Shown piece by piece: positions 27,271 through 38,159 of a stretch of 64,000 nt of DNA. The notes beneath the pieces were generated by a model that was given only the letters and a program-made list of their open reading frames with translations, did no database searches and was not told where the DNA came from. The position numbers and the translations under genes are program-made. The stretch is from Patescibacteria group bacterium (GTDB lineage Bacteria > Patescibacteriota > Minisyncoccia > Phycocordibacterales > JAACPR01). The stretch covers positions 225,389-289,388 of the forward strand of contig JAKLEX010000001.1 of assembly GCA_022711495.1 (NCBI GenBank), in the 5' to 3' direction. The first letter of the stretch is position 1. Every line of letters starts with the position of its first letter.

Positions 27271-29949
27271 ATGGATAAAGAGTGGTACCGAGAGGACATT
27301 AAGAAAATCGCGTCTATTTTTAACACCTCCTTGGAGAGGGGGCTGACAAGCGCTCGCATTGTTGAAAGCCGCCGGAAGTTTGGCCAGAATATTTTATCTA
27401 AGGAAAAGGCCCAATCAACCGCGGATATTTTTATCAATCAATTCAAGAGTCCGCTTATTTATGTTTTGCTGATTGCTTCCGCTCTGGTTTTTATTTTAGG
27501 GGATTTATTAGAGGCCATCGTTATATTTTTGATCGTTTTGATAAATAGCATCGTTGGAACGATTCAAGAGGGCAAAGCCCAAAACACTTTATTGGCTCTA
27601 AGTCGTGTCATAAAAAGTTATGTTTTGGTTATCAGAAATGGGCGTCAGCAAAAAATTCCTGATTATGAACTTGTGCCCGGCGATATTTTAGTCTTGAAAG
27701 ACGGTGAATCTGTTGGTGCTGACGCTCGAGTTTTTGAGAGTAACTCTCTTATGGTCAATGAATCTTCTTTGACCGGAGAATCAATCATGGTCTCTAAAAT
27801 TGCGGAGCCAATTACGGCCGCCGGTTTAGCCAGCTCTGATCAAGTGAACATGATTTTTCGCGGCACGTATGTTGTTTCCGGTGCCGGAAAGGCTATTGTG
27901 ATTAGAACTGGCACCAAGACAATAATCGGCGGTATTTCTGAAAAATTGTCTGATTTGCAAATGGACGTGCCGTTAAAAAGAAACATCGCTAATCTGTCAA
28001 AAATTATTGTTTATGCCGTCACTTTCGTCGCCCTCGTCACTTTCGTCATTGGTCTCAAGACGGGTTACGAGCTTTCAGATCTTTTTGCGACGATAGTCGC
28101 CATCTCGGTTTCGGCCATACCCGAGAGTTTACCCGTTGTGGTTACTTTGGTTTTAGCCACCGGAGTTTGGCGCATGAGTCGGCAGAAGGTCTTGGTAAAA
28201 AAACTGCAAGCCGTTGAGGCCCTGGGTCAGGCCAAAGTTGTTGCCTTGGACAAAACTGGCACCATAACCAAAAACCAAATGGCTGTGGAGAAAATATTTA
28301 TTAACAACGAATTTTTATCCGTGACAGGCCTTGGCTATGAACCAAAAGGCGCACTTATTTCCGGTCACAAGCGGATCTCTGCTGATGAAATTAAGGGGCT
28401 GGACTTGTTTCTGACCGCCGCTGCGCTTACGGCCACAGCTGAAGTTATTCCGGATAATGCTGATGGCGAATGGAAACTTCATTATGGCGATCCGACAGAG
28501 GCGGCATTACTTGTTTTAGGGAAAAAATTTGGTTATGACAAAGCTGAATTGACCAATAAATATCAGAGAATCTTGGAAATTCCGTTTGATATGCGTAACA
28601 AGTATCACGCGGCCGTGCACCTTATCAAAGGCAAAGAGACATTAATGGTTGCTGGCAGTCCGGAAGCGATTTTACATTATTCAAAAAATATTTTAATCAA
28701 CGGCCGTTCATCTAAAATCACCGAAACAAATCTGGACTCTATTAATGACGCCATCAAAAAATTATCAACCGCGGGCTATAGGGTTCTTGCCATCGCTCTA
28801 AATCGCGAAGATATAAAAGATATCGGCCCCAAGCATCTGCCAGTGTTAACTTTTGTTGGTCTGGTTGGTATCTCTGACGCTATTCGGCCGGAAGTCGTCG
28901 GCGCCGTTGAGTCAGTAAAAAAGGCCGGCATGAAAGTGTTGATGATCACCGGCGATCACTTGGAGACAGCTTTAGCTATTGCAAAGAAAGTCGGAATATA
29001 TGGTCCAAAAAATAGTTATATGACTGGAGCAGAGATTCGCGAAATAGATGATTTTGATTTGCCAAGCAGATTGGAGAAAGTCACGGTATTCGCTCGAGTA
29101 ACTCCAGATGACAAACTACGTATAATTGAAGCTTACAAAAGACGAGGTGAAACCATCGCCATGACAGGAGATGGTGTGAACGACGCCCTGTCGCTGGTCG
29201 CCGCTGATTTGGGGGTTTCCATGGGCAAGATCGGCACCGAAGTCGCTCGAGAGGCTTCTGATATCGTTTTACTTGATGACAATTTTGGAAACATCGTTAG
29301 CGCGGCGGAAGAGGGAAGAAATATTTATCAAGTTATTAGAAGGACGACTCTCTTTTTGTTAGCGACCAGCGCTGGCGAACTTTTGCTTATTCTTTTTGCC
29401 ATCCTGCTAGGAATGCCGATTCCTCTTACGCCGATTCAGATAATCTGGCTAAATCTTATTACTGATACTTTTTTGGTTAGCGCCATGGCTCTTGATCCAA
29501 AAGGGAAAAATCTCTTGAAAGAAAAGTTTACCAAACCAAGCAAATATTTGGTGGATTGGTTTATGGGGTTCAGAATTCTGTTAGTCTCCGGAGTGATGGT
29601 GATTGTCACGCTTTGGTTATTCAACCAATATTTAGAAATAGACATGAGAAAAGCCCTAACCATATCTTTGACCCTGCTCACTGTTTTTCACTTCTATAAC
29701 ATTTTTAATGTTCGCTCGGACAAAGAATCGGCTTTAACCAAAAAATGTTTTGAAAATAAATATGTTCTATTCGGCCTAGCCGTCGCTTTACTATTACACT
29801 TATTCGCCATTTATAATCCGTTTATGCAAAATATTTTGCATACCACAAATTTGGGCTGGTTAGAATGGGTGATTATCTTTGCTCTGGGCTCTTCAATCCT
29901 GTTGGTGGAAGAAATAAGGAAAATTTTTCACAGAAAATTACGTCCTTAA
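27271..29949 (+). CDS. P-type cation-transporting ATPase (P2-type, Ca2+/Mg2+-like)
   Basis: DKTGTITKN phosphorylation site, TGDHLETA, MTGDGVNDALSL. 10 TM helices. 892 aa. Confidence 0.9.
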   Translation: MDKEWYREDIKKIASIFNTSLERGLTSARIVESRRKFGQNILSKEKAQSTADIFINQFKSPLIYVLLIASALVFILGDLLEAIVIFLIVLINSIVGTIQEGKAQNTLLALSRVIKSYVLVIRNGRQQKIPDYELVPGDILVLKDGESVGADARVFESNSLMVNESSLTGESIMVSKIAEPITAAGLASSDQVNMIFRGTYVVSGAGKAIVIRTGTKTIIGGISEKLSDLQMDVPLKRNIANLSKIIVYAVTFVALVTFVIGLKTGYELSDLFATIVAISVSAIPESLPVVVTLVLATGVWRMSRQKVLVKKLQAVEALGQAKVVALDKTGTITKNQMAVEKIFINNEFLSVTGLGYEPKGALISGHKRISADEIKGLDLFLTAAALTATAEVIPDNADGEWKLHYGDPTEAALLVLGKKFGYDKAELTNKYQRILEIPFDMRNKYHAAVHLIKGKETLMVAGSPEAILHYSKNILINGRSSKITETNLDSINDAIKKLSTAGYRVLAIALNREDIKDIGPKHLPVLTFVGLVGISDAIRPEVVGAVESVKKAGMKVLMITGDHLETALAIAKKVGIYGPKNSYMTGAEIREIDDFDLPSRLEKVTVFARVTPDDKLRIIEAYKRRGETIAMTGDGVNDALSLVAADLGVSMGKIGTEVAREASDIVLLDDNFGNIVSAAEEGRNIYQVIRRTTLFLLATSAGELLLILFAILLGMPIPLTPIQIIWLNLITDTFLVSAMALDPKGKNLLKEKFTKPSKYLVDWFMGFRILLVSGVMVIVTLWLFNQYLEIDMRKALTISLTLLTVFHFYNIFNVRSDKESALTKKCFENKYVLFGLAVALLLHLFAIYNPFMQNILHTTNLGWLEWVIIFALGSSILLVEEIRKIFHRKLRP

Positions 29950-30000
29950 TGGTAGCCCTGGTTTTGGTAAAAACCAATTTACCTGGTAAAATATAGCTAT

Positions 30001-32340
30001 ATGAGGGAGAACTTTGAAAAGTATTTTCGAGCGGCGAACTACCTAAGCGTCGCACAGATCTTTTTGCAAGATAATTTCTTGATGGAGCAGCCGTTGAAAC
30101 CGGAACACATAAAGCCGCGACTTTTAGGCCATTGGGGGACTTGTCCGGGTATAAATTTTGTCTATATGTTTTTGAATAAATTAGCCAAGGATCACGGTGT
30201 GGATTTGATGTATGTTGTCGGCCCTGGTCACGGTTACCCGGCCGTTCAAGCTAATCTTTTCATTGAAGGTACTCTTTCTGAATATTATCCAAATGCCAAA
30301 AGGGATGCCGAAGGCGTTGCTTATATTTCTAAACAATTCAGCTGGCCATATGGTTTTCCGAGTCACTCCAGTCCACATACCCCGGGGGTTATTCTTGAGG
30401 GCGGAGAATTGGGATATTCATTATCAACTTCTTTTGGCGCGGTTATGGATAATCCAGACCTAGTTGTCGCTTGTCTGGTTGGCGATGGCGAAGCCGAAAC
30501 TGGCCCGACGGCCACGGCTTGGCACGTTAATAAATTCATCAGTCCAAAAACGGACGGCGCGGTTTTGCCAATTTTGCACTTAAACGGCTATAAAATCTCC
30601 GGCCCAACTGTTTTTGGTCGGATGTCAGACGACGAACTTCAAAAATTATTTGAGGGATATGGTTACCAACCATGTTTTGTTGACAAAGACAAGGGAGATA
30701 TTTTTAAGGAGATGGAAAAAACGATAGAGCAATGCTATCTTGATATAAAAAAGATTCAAACTGCGGCTCGTTCCGGTAAAGAAACCATCAAACCGAAATG
30801 GCCGATGATTATTTTGAAAACACCAAAAGGTTGGACTGGCCCAAAAACTTTGCTTGGTAAAAAGATTGAAGGAAATTGTTACTCGCACCAGGTTGTCGCG
30901 AAAAATCCGAGAATTGATAAGGAGGAATTTCGGGCGTTAGAAAATTGGCTCAGATCTTATAAATTTGAAGAACTCTTTGACAAGAAAACTGGTTTTGTTA
31001 AAGAAATTTTGGATTTGATACCGGTCGGCGATCGAAGAATCGGCAAAAACAGACATGCTTTTGGTGGTCCGCAAGTTTACAAACCGTTGATTTTACCGAA
31101 AGCGGAAAAATACGAAGAAAATGTCTCAAAACCCGGAATTATTGGATCAAGCTCAATGCACCGAGCTGGGGAATATCTGAACGAAGTCTTTAAATTAAAT
31201 AAAGATAATTTTAGGTTTTTCTCGCCGGATGAAACTTATTCTAATAAACTGGACAAAATTTTTGAAACTACAAAGCGTAGTTTTGATTGGCCGCTTGAGA
31301 AATGGGATGAGGATTTGGCTGCCGAGGGGCGGGTTGTAGAAATGCTCTCAGAGCACACCTTGCAGGGATTGATTCAGGGATATGTTTTGACCGGGCGTCA
31401 TGGCGTATTTGCCTCTTATGAGGCGTTCATTCAAATAGTCGCCAGCATGTCTGATCAATACGCCAAGTTTTTGAAACAGGCTCGGGAGATTCCTTGGCGT
31501 GGTGCTGTTCCTTCTCTTAATTATATTTTAACCTCATCCGGCTGGCGCCAAGAACACAACGGATTTTCTCATCAAAATCCCGGTTTCATAGATAATATCT
31601 TGCAGAGGCAGGGAGATTTTATAAATGTCTTTTTCCCGGCTGATGGTAGTTCAACTCTGGCTGTTTTGGAAAAGAGCTTATCTCTGGCAAATGGTATGAA
31701 TGTTATCGTCGCCGGAAAGACACTAGAGCCGCGCTGGATCAGTTTGGATGAAGCTCGAAATCAGCTTGAAGAGGGATTAGGCATTTGGAAATTTGCCAGC
31801 GATGATAATCCGGATATCGTCTTTGCCGGTGTCGGCGACTATCTAACTAAGGAAGCTCTGGCCGGAGTTCAGTTGTTAAAGGAAGAAATTCCCGATATCA
31901 AGGTAAGGTTTGTTAATATTATGACTTTGTCAGCCTCGGGTTTTGGATGCGGCGGCTGTGTTTTGTCCAGAAAAGATTTCCATCGTTTCTTTACCAGCGA
32001 TAAGCCGGTTATCGTTAATTTCCATGGTTATCCGCAGACGGTCAAACAGATTCTTTTTGATTATGGCGATGACCCCGATCGTTTCAAAATTAACGGATAT
32101 ATAGAAAATGGCTCAACCACAACGCCGTTTGACATGCACATCAGAAATCAGACCAGTCGTTATCATTTGCTTATGGACGCTTGTCGGTTGCTGACCGAAA
32201 ATGGCCGCGTGGATAAAAAATTATCGGACAAAATTGTAGAAAAATACCAACGGAAATTAAAAGATCATCGGATTTATATAAAAAAGTACGGGGTTGATCC
32301 TGAAGAAATAGAGAATTGGCAATGGCAAAGACAAATATGA
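30001..32340 (+). CDS. xfp: Xylulose-5-phosphate/fructose-6-phosphate phosphoketolase
   Basis: GHWGTCPG and EGGELGYSLS signature motifs. 779 aa. Confidence 0.9.
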   Translation: MRENFEKYFRAANYLSVAQIFLQDNFLMEQPLKPEHIKPRLLGHWGTCPGINFVYMFLNKLAKDHGVDLMYVVGPGHGYPAVQANLFIEGTLSEYYPNAKRDAEGVAYISKQFSWPYGFPSHSSPHTPGVILEGGELGYSLSTSFGAVMDNPDLVVACLVGDGEAETGPTATAWHVNKFISPKTDGAVLPILHLNGYKISGPTVFGRMSDDELQKLFEGYGYQPCFVDKDKGDIFKEMEKTIEQCYLDIKKIQTAARSGKETIKPKWPMIILKTPKGWTGPKTLLGKKIEGNCYSHQVVAKNPRIDKEEFRALENWLRSYKFEELFDKKTGFVKEILDLIPVGDRRIGKNRHAFGGPQVYKPLILPKAEKYEENVSKPGIIGSSSMHRAGEYLNEVFKLNKDNFRFFSPDETYSNKLDKIFETTKRSFDWPLEKWDEDLAAEGRVVEMLSEHTLQGLIQGYVLTGRHGVFASYEAFIQIVASMSDQYAKFLKQAREIPWRGAVPSLNYILTSSGWRQEHNGFSHQNPGFIDNILQRQGDFINVFFPADGSSTLAVLEKSLSLANGMNVIVAGKTLEPRWISLDEARNQLEEGLGIWKFASDDNPDIVFAGVGDYLTKEALAGVQLLKEEIPDIKVRFVNIMTLSASGFGCGGCVLSRKDFHRFFTSDKPVIVNFHGYPQTVKQILFDYGDDPDRFKINGYIENGSTTTPFDMHIRNQTSRYHLLMDACRLLTENGRVDKKLSDKIVEKYQRKLKDHRIYIKKYGVDPEEIENWQWQRQI

Positions 32341-33506
32341 AAAAGATTATCGTAAACAACGGAAGCGTTTCAAAAAAATATGCCCTTTTTGATTCTGACA
32401 AAGAAATAATGTCGGCCCATTATGAGATGTTGCCAGAAGGGTTCGTCGTGACGGAAACCGCCGCTGATGGAGAGAAAGAGGCACAGATTGATAGAAAGAT
32501 TTTTGATAAAAGCTTTTCTGATTTTATCGGCAAACTGCTGGACAGGAAGTTGCTTTCTGATAAAAAAGAAATTTCTGCTATTGGTGTCAGAATTGTTGCT
32601 CCCGGAAAATATTTTCAGGAACATCGTTTAATTGATGATAAATTTCTTTTTAATCTAGACGATATTTCTGATCTATCGCCATTGCACGTCAAACCAGTCC
32701 AAAAGGAACTTTCTGATATTCGGGCGGAGCTTGGCAATAGCGCAAAAATATTTTCAATCAGCGACAGCGCTTTTCACGGAACGATAACTACCGCGGCACG
32801 GCTCTATGCTTTGCCGAGAGAAATGATGGAGAAGCTTGGTCTGTATCGTTACGGTTATCATGGCATCTCGGTGAGTTCGGTTGTTAATGAGATTAATAAA
32901 GGTTCGGAAAAATACCAAAATATTGTTGTTTGTCACTTAGGCGGCGGATCCAGCATAACGGCCGTCAAAGGCAATCAAAGCTTTGACACAACCATGGGCT
33001 TTTCTCCTTTGGAAGGATTGCCGATGGCCACTCGTTCCGGTGACGTGGATCCTAATGTTCTAATTTCGATTGTGGATTCAGAGGGTTTTGATACGGCCGA
33101 ACTGCAAGAATTCCTTTATAAAAAGTGCGGGATGAAGGGCCTAAGCGGTATTTCCGGCGATACCCGAGTGATTTTGGACGAGATCGCCAAGGGCAATAAA
33201 GATGCCGAGAACGCTCTTGATTTATATGTCTATCAGATCCAAAAAACTATTGGAGCCTTCTTTACCGCCCTTGGCGGGCTGGATGCCCTGATATTTACCG
33301 GGACAATCGGCGAACGCTCAGCGGAAGTTCGCAGGAGAATTTGCGACAAGCTGTCTCTGATTGGCGTTAAACTGAATCCTGGAAAAAACAAACTTCAAAT
33401 CAATGGAGACGGCCAGATTTCTTCGGATGATTCTAGAGTAAGAGTCTTGGCCGTCAGAACTAAAGAGGCCGAAGAAATGGCCCGGATTATTGAGACCTTG
33501 GTTTAG
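32316..33506 (+). CDS. ackA: Acetate kinase
   Basis: HLGGGSSITAVK and PLEGLPMATRSGDVDP motifs. Overlaps the xfp stop, suggesting an operon. Confidence 0.85.
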   Translation: MAMAKTNMKKIIVNNGSVSKKYALFDSDKEIMSAHYEMLPEGFVVTETAADGEKEAQIDRKIFDKSFSDFIGKLLDRKLLSDKKEISAIGVRIVAPGKYFQEHRLIDDKFLFNLDDISDLSPLHVKPVQKELSDIRAELGNSAKIFSISDSAFHGTITTAARLYALPREMMEKLGLYRYGYHGISVSSVVNEINKGSEKYQNIVVCHLGGGSSITAVKGNQSFDTTMGFSPLEGLPMATRSGDVDPNVLISIVDSEGFDTAELQEFLYKKCGMKGLSGISGDTRVILDEIAKGNKDAENALDLYVYQIQKTIGAFFTALGGLDALIFTGTIGERSAEVRRRICDKLSLIGVKLNPGKNKLQINGDGQISSDDSRVRVLAVRTKEAEEMARIIETLV

Positions 33507-33529
33507 AAAATGTTATACTATACCGAAAT

Positions 33530-34975
33530 ATGATTAAAAAACTTAAGTCAAAGTTGATTGCCTTTTTTGTCTCTTTGTTTTTGATTATCATTGCCATATA
33601 TTTGGCCAATTTATTCAAAAATGGTGACAATGACATTTTTATCGTTGCCAGAAATGATCTAGTTGTTTCTATTAATGTTTCCGGTAAGGTTGTTCCGGGA
33701 CAAGAGATAGACCTGTCTTTTGAGACTTCTGGAAAAGTCAGTGTCATCAACGCTAAAATCGGCGACGAGGTTAAAGAGGGGGATATCTTAGCCCGTTTAA
33801 ACTCTGCGCAAATAGATAGCGAAATCGAAGAAGCCCTAGCCGATTTAAAAAGCCAAGAGGCTAAGTTGGCGGAGATTTCTGGAGGTGATTCGCTACAGGG
33901 AAAATTGGAAAGTGCCCGTCAATCTCTGATATCTGTTTTGAAAAAGTCATATATCTCTGCTGATGATGTAGTCAGGAACAGCGTTGATTTGTTTTTTGAT
34001 AATTTAGACACCAGCTCCCCGGAATTTTCAAAAGCCTTGGCAGATTATTACATCAGACAAGATATTCAGACGCAGCGTAAAGATATTGAGAAGACGCTTT
34101 CTAACTGGAAAGATGAAGCCAATAATTTGACTTCCGATGAAGTTACTCTGACCGATGCGGAAGATTTTGTCGCTAATTTGAAAAAGATTGAGGCTCTTCT
34201 CTCAACAATTTCTTCTGGTAGCGGAAAATTCGGCATATCGGCCGATAAAACGCAAGCTCAGATTGACGCTTATATCGCCGGCATCAGCCAAGCCCGAATT
34301 ACCATTGCCTCGTTAATTGTTGATATCAATTCGGCGACAGAAGCGGTCCGCTCGGTTCAAGCCGAAACGCCGGTTTTGTCGGCCGCGATAATCAGCGCTC
34401 AAGCCGTCATTGACCGTCTAACCGCCAAAAGTGACAGCTATGTCATCCGTGCACCTTTTGACGGCATAATTACCGATAAAGACGTTGAACTTGGCGTAGT
34501 CGTCTCTTCCGGAGAAAAAGTCTTCTCTATGGTTGGTAAGCAGCCGCTTGAAATAGAGAGTTTTGTTCCAGAGGTGAATATCGCCGGAGTAGACATAGGA
34601 GATCCCGCCAAGGTCAGCCTTGACGCCTTTGACGAAGGAACTGGTTTGGCCGCGGCGGTCTCTCACATTGACCCGCGCGAAACAGTCAAAGATGGTGTTA
34701 CCACTTATCGCATATTGCTTCAGTTCAATGAATTTAATCCGGACGTTCTTTCTGGCATGAGCACGGAGATCCAGATTGAAAAGGACAGAATTAGAGATCA
34801 GATTGTAATTCCTAGGTATTTGATTACGACTGAAGGAGATAAAAGTTTTGTTACGGTCTTATCGTTAGGCAAGAAAAACTCAATTGAAGTCACCTTAGGG
34901 CAAAGAGACTCAAGTGGCAATGTGGCCATCAATTCAGGATTGTCTATTGGCGACAAAATCGTTGTACCGAGATAG
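33530..34975 (+). CDS. Membrane fusion/periplasmic adaptor protein (HlyD/MacA family)
   Basis: N-terminal TM. Biotin-lipoyl-like hairpin (VSGKVVPGQEIDLSFETSGKVSVINAKIGDEVKEGDILARL). Coiled-coil region. Confidence 0.7.
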   Translation: MIKKLKSKLIAFFVSLFLIIIAIYLANLFKNGDNDIFIVARNDLVVSINVSGKVVPGQEIDLSFETSGKVSVINAKIGDEVKEGDILARLNSAQIDSEIEEALADLKSQEAKLAEISGGDSLQGKLESARQSLISVLKKSYISADDVVRNSVDLFFDNLDTSSPEFSKALADYYIRQDIQTQRKDIEKTLSNWKDEANNLTSDEVTLTDAEDFVANLKKIEALLSTISSGSGKFGISADKTQAQIDAYIAGISQARITIASLIVDINSATEAVRSVQAETPVLSAAIISAQAVIDRLTAKSDSYVIRAPFDGIITDKDVELGVVVSSGEKVFSMVGKQPLEIESFVPEVNIAGVDIGDPAKVSLDAFDEGTGLAAAVSHIDPRETVKDGVTTYRILLQFNEFNPDVLSGMSTEIQIEKDRIRDQIVIPRYLITTEGDKSFVTVLSLGKKNSIEVTLGQRDSSGNVAINSGLSIGDKIVVPR

Positions 34976-34977
34976 CT

Positions 34978-36234
34978 ATGCTTGATTTGAACTCAATCAA
35001 AGTTGGCTGGTTTTTAGGTTATAGACAAATAAAAAGGGCCTCGCTTTGGACCAATCTTTTGATCATTATCATAATGATTCTAACGTTTCTTAATTTAGTC
35101 GTGGTCTCAGGTTTGCTGGTCGGTCTGATTGAGGGGGCAGTTGTGACTATCCGAGAACATTATATTAGCGATATTTTCATCTCCAAACTGAAAGAGAAAA
35201 ATTACATTGAAGATAGCCAAAATATTATCGCGACTTTGCAGAACATACCCGGAGTTTCCAGTTTCTCTCCCAGGTATCTAGTCTCTGGAATTATTGAGGC
35301 CAATTATCAGGACAGAACGGACTTCAATAATCTTCCGGAGGAGACGGCGGCTATTATTGCCGGCATAGATTTTGAAAAAGAGAACGCCGTCACCGGCCTA
35401 GGTTCGCTTATCGTTGAGGGCGAATATCTGGACAACGACGATTTTGACCAAGTCATCGTCGGCGCCATGTTGTTGGATAGGTATTTGGACATTGACTCTC
35501 CTAGCTTTACTGTTTTGCGAGATGTTGAAATCGGCTCAAAAATTAAATTAAAAATCGGCGACGAGGCGCGGGAAGTTACCGTTAAGGGCATTACTCGCGG
35601 TAAGGCTGATGAAATTGATCGGCGTGTTTTTATTAACGACAAGCAATTGCGAAACATGATTGGTCGTAGCGATTTAAACGTCGGCGAAATCTCAATCGCC
35701 GTGGATGATCAATACAAGCCAGAATTTGTTCGCGACGTTTTGTTACAAAATGGCTTTGGTCGATACGCGCGAATCCAAACTTTTGATGAGGCCCAGCCCA
35801 AATTTATCATTGATATGAAAAATACTTTTGCTCTGCTCGGGACAATCATCAGTTCAATTGGTCTAATCGTTGCCGCTATTACTATTTTTATCGTTATTTT
35901 TATCAACGCTATCACTCGGAGAAAATATATTGGCATTATGAAGGCAATTGGCACCAACGGCCGTTCAATTGAATTGGCTTATGTCTTTCAATCGTTGATC
36001 TATGCTATCGTCGGGTCAGTTATTGGGCTGATATTGGTTTACGTTGTTCTGGTGCCATATTTCAACGGGAATCCGATTGATTTTCCTTTCAGCGACGGGA
36101 TTCTGGTGGCCCCGGCCCTGGTTACGATGATTAGGGTGTGTGTTCTTATTGTGGTTACGGCTTTGGCGGGATATATTCCGGCTCGAATCATCGTGACAAA
36201 AAATACTCTAGACTCTATTTTGGGAAGAAAGTAA
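34978..36234 (+). CDS. ABC transporter permease, FtsX/MacB-like
   Basis: N-terminal TM, large extracytoplasmic domain and C-terminal 3 TM (FtsX fold layout). Follows the adaptor protein directly. Confidence 0.7.
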   Translation: MLDLNSIKVGWFLGYRQIKRASLWTNLLIIIIMILTFLNLVVVSGLLVGLIEGAVVTIREHYISDIFISKLKEKNYIEDSQNIIATLQNIPGVSSFSPRYLVSGIIEANYQDRTDFNNLPEETAAIIAGIDFEKENAVTGLGSLIVEGEYLDNDDFDQVIVGAMLLDRYLDIDSPSFTVLRDVEIGSKIKLKIGDEAREVTVKGITRGKADEIDRRVFINDKQLRNMIGRSDLNVGEISIAVDDQYKPEFVRDVLLQNGFGRYARIQTFDEAQPKFIIDMKNTFALLGTIISSIGLIVAAITIFIVIFINAITRRKYIGIMKAIGTNGRSIELAYVFQSLIYAIVGSVIGLILVYVVLVPYFNGNPIDFPFSDGILVAPALVTMIRVCVLIVVTALAGYIPARIIVTKNTLDSILGRK

Positions 36235-36238
36235 AAAC

Positions 36239-36934
36239 ATGGAATTGATTATAAAAGCCAAAGGAATAGTAAAAACATTCGTTGATGGAGAAGTTGAAAC
36301 TCCGGTGTTAAAGGGGATAGATCTTGAAATCAAGAGGGGAGAGTTTTTGTCCATTATGGGACGTTCTGGTGCTGGAAAAAGTACTTTGATATATCAGCTT
36401 GGTCTTTTGGACGAGCCGACGGGCGGCCAGATTGATATAAATGGAACCGACACTTTGGCCTTAAACTGGTCGAAGAAAACCGATTTCCGTTTAAAATACT
36501 TGGGCTATGTTTTTCAGGATTATGCTCTGGTTCCGGAATTGACCGCTGTTGAGAATGTTGCTCTGCCGTTATTGATGCGAGGAATTCAAACCAATAAGGC
36601 TCTAGAGAAAGCTCGAGAGGTTCTGCATACTCTGGAATTGCATCAACAGGTCAACAATTTTCCAAGCCAATTGTCTGGCGGGGAACAACAGAGAGTTTCC
36701 ATTGCCCGGGCCATTGTTGATGAACCGGAGATAATTTTTTGTGATGAGCCGACGGCCAATTTGGACTCCCTTTCAGCGCGGGTGGTAATTGATATTTTAA
36801 AAAAATTGAATAAGTCAGGGCAAACTATTGTCATGGTAACTCACGAAGATGAATATGCCAGACAAACCGACAGAATAATTAAGCTTGCCGACGGCCTGAT
36901 TGAAAGCGAGGAGATCTTAACTCCGGCAAAATAA
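36239..36934 (+). CDS. ABC transporter ATP-binding protein (MacB/LolD-like)
   Basis: Walker A GRSGAGKST, signature LSGGEQQRVSIARA, Walker B IIFCDEPT. Confidence 0.85.
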   Translation: MELIIKAKGIVKTFVDGEVETPVLKGIDLEIKRGEFLSIMGRSGAGKSTLIYQLGLLDEPTGGQIDINGTDTLALNWSKKTDFRLKYLGYVFQDYALVPELTAVENVALPLLMRGIQTNKALEKAREVLHTLELHQQVNNFPSQLSGGEQQRVSIARAIVDEPEIIFCDEPTANLDSLSARVVIDILKKLNKSGQTIVMVTHEDEYARQTDRIIKLADGLIESEEILTPAK

Positions 36935-36962
36935 AAAACCCGCCAGATGGCGGGTTTTTTAT
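36933..36962. terminator. Bidirectional rho-independent terminator
   Basis: AAAAAACCCGCC-agat-GGCGGGTTTTTT. Confidence 0.7.
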
Positions 36963-36968
36963 TAAGGT

Positions 36969-37172
36969 TTATTTAACAACGCTAACCTTAACAGCTTGTG
37001 GTCCTTTCTGTCCTTCTACGACTTCAAACTCTACGCTTTCGCCACCTTTTAGTTGGTCGAACTCGACGTTTTGAAGTTCATTTGAATGGAAGAAAAGATC
37101 TTTTTCCGCTCCGTCATATTTGATAAAGCCGTAGCCTTTGTCCATGACGCGAACGATAGTTCCTTTTTGCAT
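36969..37172 (-). CDS. cspA: Cold-shock protein (CspA family)
   Basis: 67 aa. MQKGTIVRVMDKGYGFIKYDG...FFH RNP motifs. Confidence 0.85.
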   Translation of the reverse strand: MQKGTIVRVMDKGYGFIKYDGAEKDLFFHSNELQNVEFDQLKGGESVEFEVVEGQKGPQAVKVSVVK

Positions 37173-37325
37173 CTTTCAATAAACTAAACGAATAAAATCT
37201 CAAATAAACTCACAAAAGATTAAACTCGACTTAGTTCTACTTTGGTAGTTATTTGATAATGAGAAGTATAAATGATTGGCTGGCGCCTGTCAAGCGATAA
37301 CTGGGGAATTCGTGGGCCATGCTTT

Positions 37326-38159
37326 TTATGGTCTTTTCTTGTCGTAATAGCTGTGCAGAGCTGAAAAATCATCGCGCATTCTGCTTAAGGCCGGGGCGAT
37401 CTTTTCTATAAGTCTTTTCATCAGATCAAATAGAGCCGTCAGATCCTTTTTGTCACGAATTAGCCTATCGTCGTAGATATAAAGTTTGTTCTCGGCAAAT
37501 TCCACGCTGAATTGTGGCGCGATTTCCCTAAGAAAAATCAAAAGGTCTTTGGTAAAGATTTCCAGACATTCAATTTCATAGCCGGCCGTAGTGTGGAGAG
37601 AGTAATTTTTTTGAAATTCCGGTTCAATACTTATCTTTACATCGTTTTTTCTCTGAAATAAATCCCACGGAAGATAAACCGGCATAGTTTTTGATCGTAA
37701 CAGAATGAAAGGGAAGTCTGCTTCGGGAATTTCTATTTCCGCCGCGGTAAACAAATAAGTATGACTATTTTTGCCACTGCCGATGGTGTAAGAATAGTTG
37801 AAGATTTTGAAAGGGCAGTGTTGATATTCTCCCAGCAAGGCATTACTGGCCGTTTCGGAATTTGAGATCGAGAATAGACGCCCCTGAAAATTTTTTGCCG
37901 ATAACCATGGTTGGTACTCTAACCCGTTTTCTTCGGCGAATTGTTTCATGAAGGCAAAGTGCTGAATTGTTGCCCTTATGCCGATGAATAAAACTATTAA
38001 AGTTATAGAGAAGATCGGGTTAACGAAAAATAGACCGATGACCAAGATCCAGAATATTACCAACAGCTTTTTCTTTTTTTTCGGAGAGATTTTTGTCATC
38101 TTCTCCCCAAACTTAAGATACTTCTTGGTTATCTCTTCCGTTTGAATCATTTTAATCAA
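37326..38159 (-). CDS. Membrane protein, hypothetical
   Basis: Two N-terminal TM helices. Overlaps the upstream gene by 8 nt. Confidence 0.45.
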   Translation of the reverse strand: MIKMIQTEEITKKYLKFGEKMTKISPKKKKKLLVIFWILVIGLFFVNPIFSITLIVLFIGIRATIQHFAFMKQFAEENGLEYQPWLSAKNFQGRLFSISNSETASNALLGEYQHCPFKIFNYSYTIGSGKNSHTYLFTAAEIEIPEADFPFILLRSKTMPVYLPWDLFQRKNDVKISIEPEFQKNYSLHTTAGYEIECLEIFTKDLLIFLREIAPQFSVEFAENKLYIYDDRLIRDKKDLTALFDLMKRLIEKIAPALSRMRDDFSALHSYYDKKRP

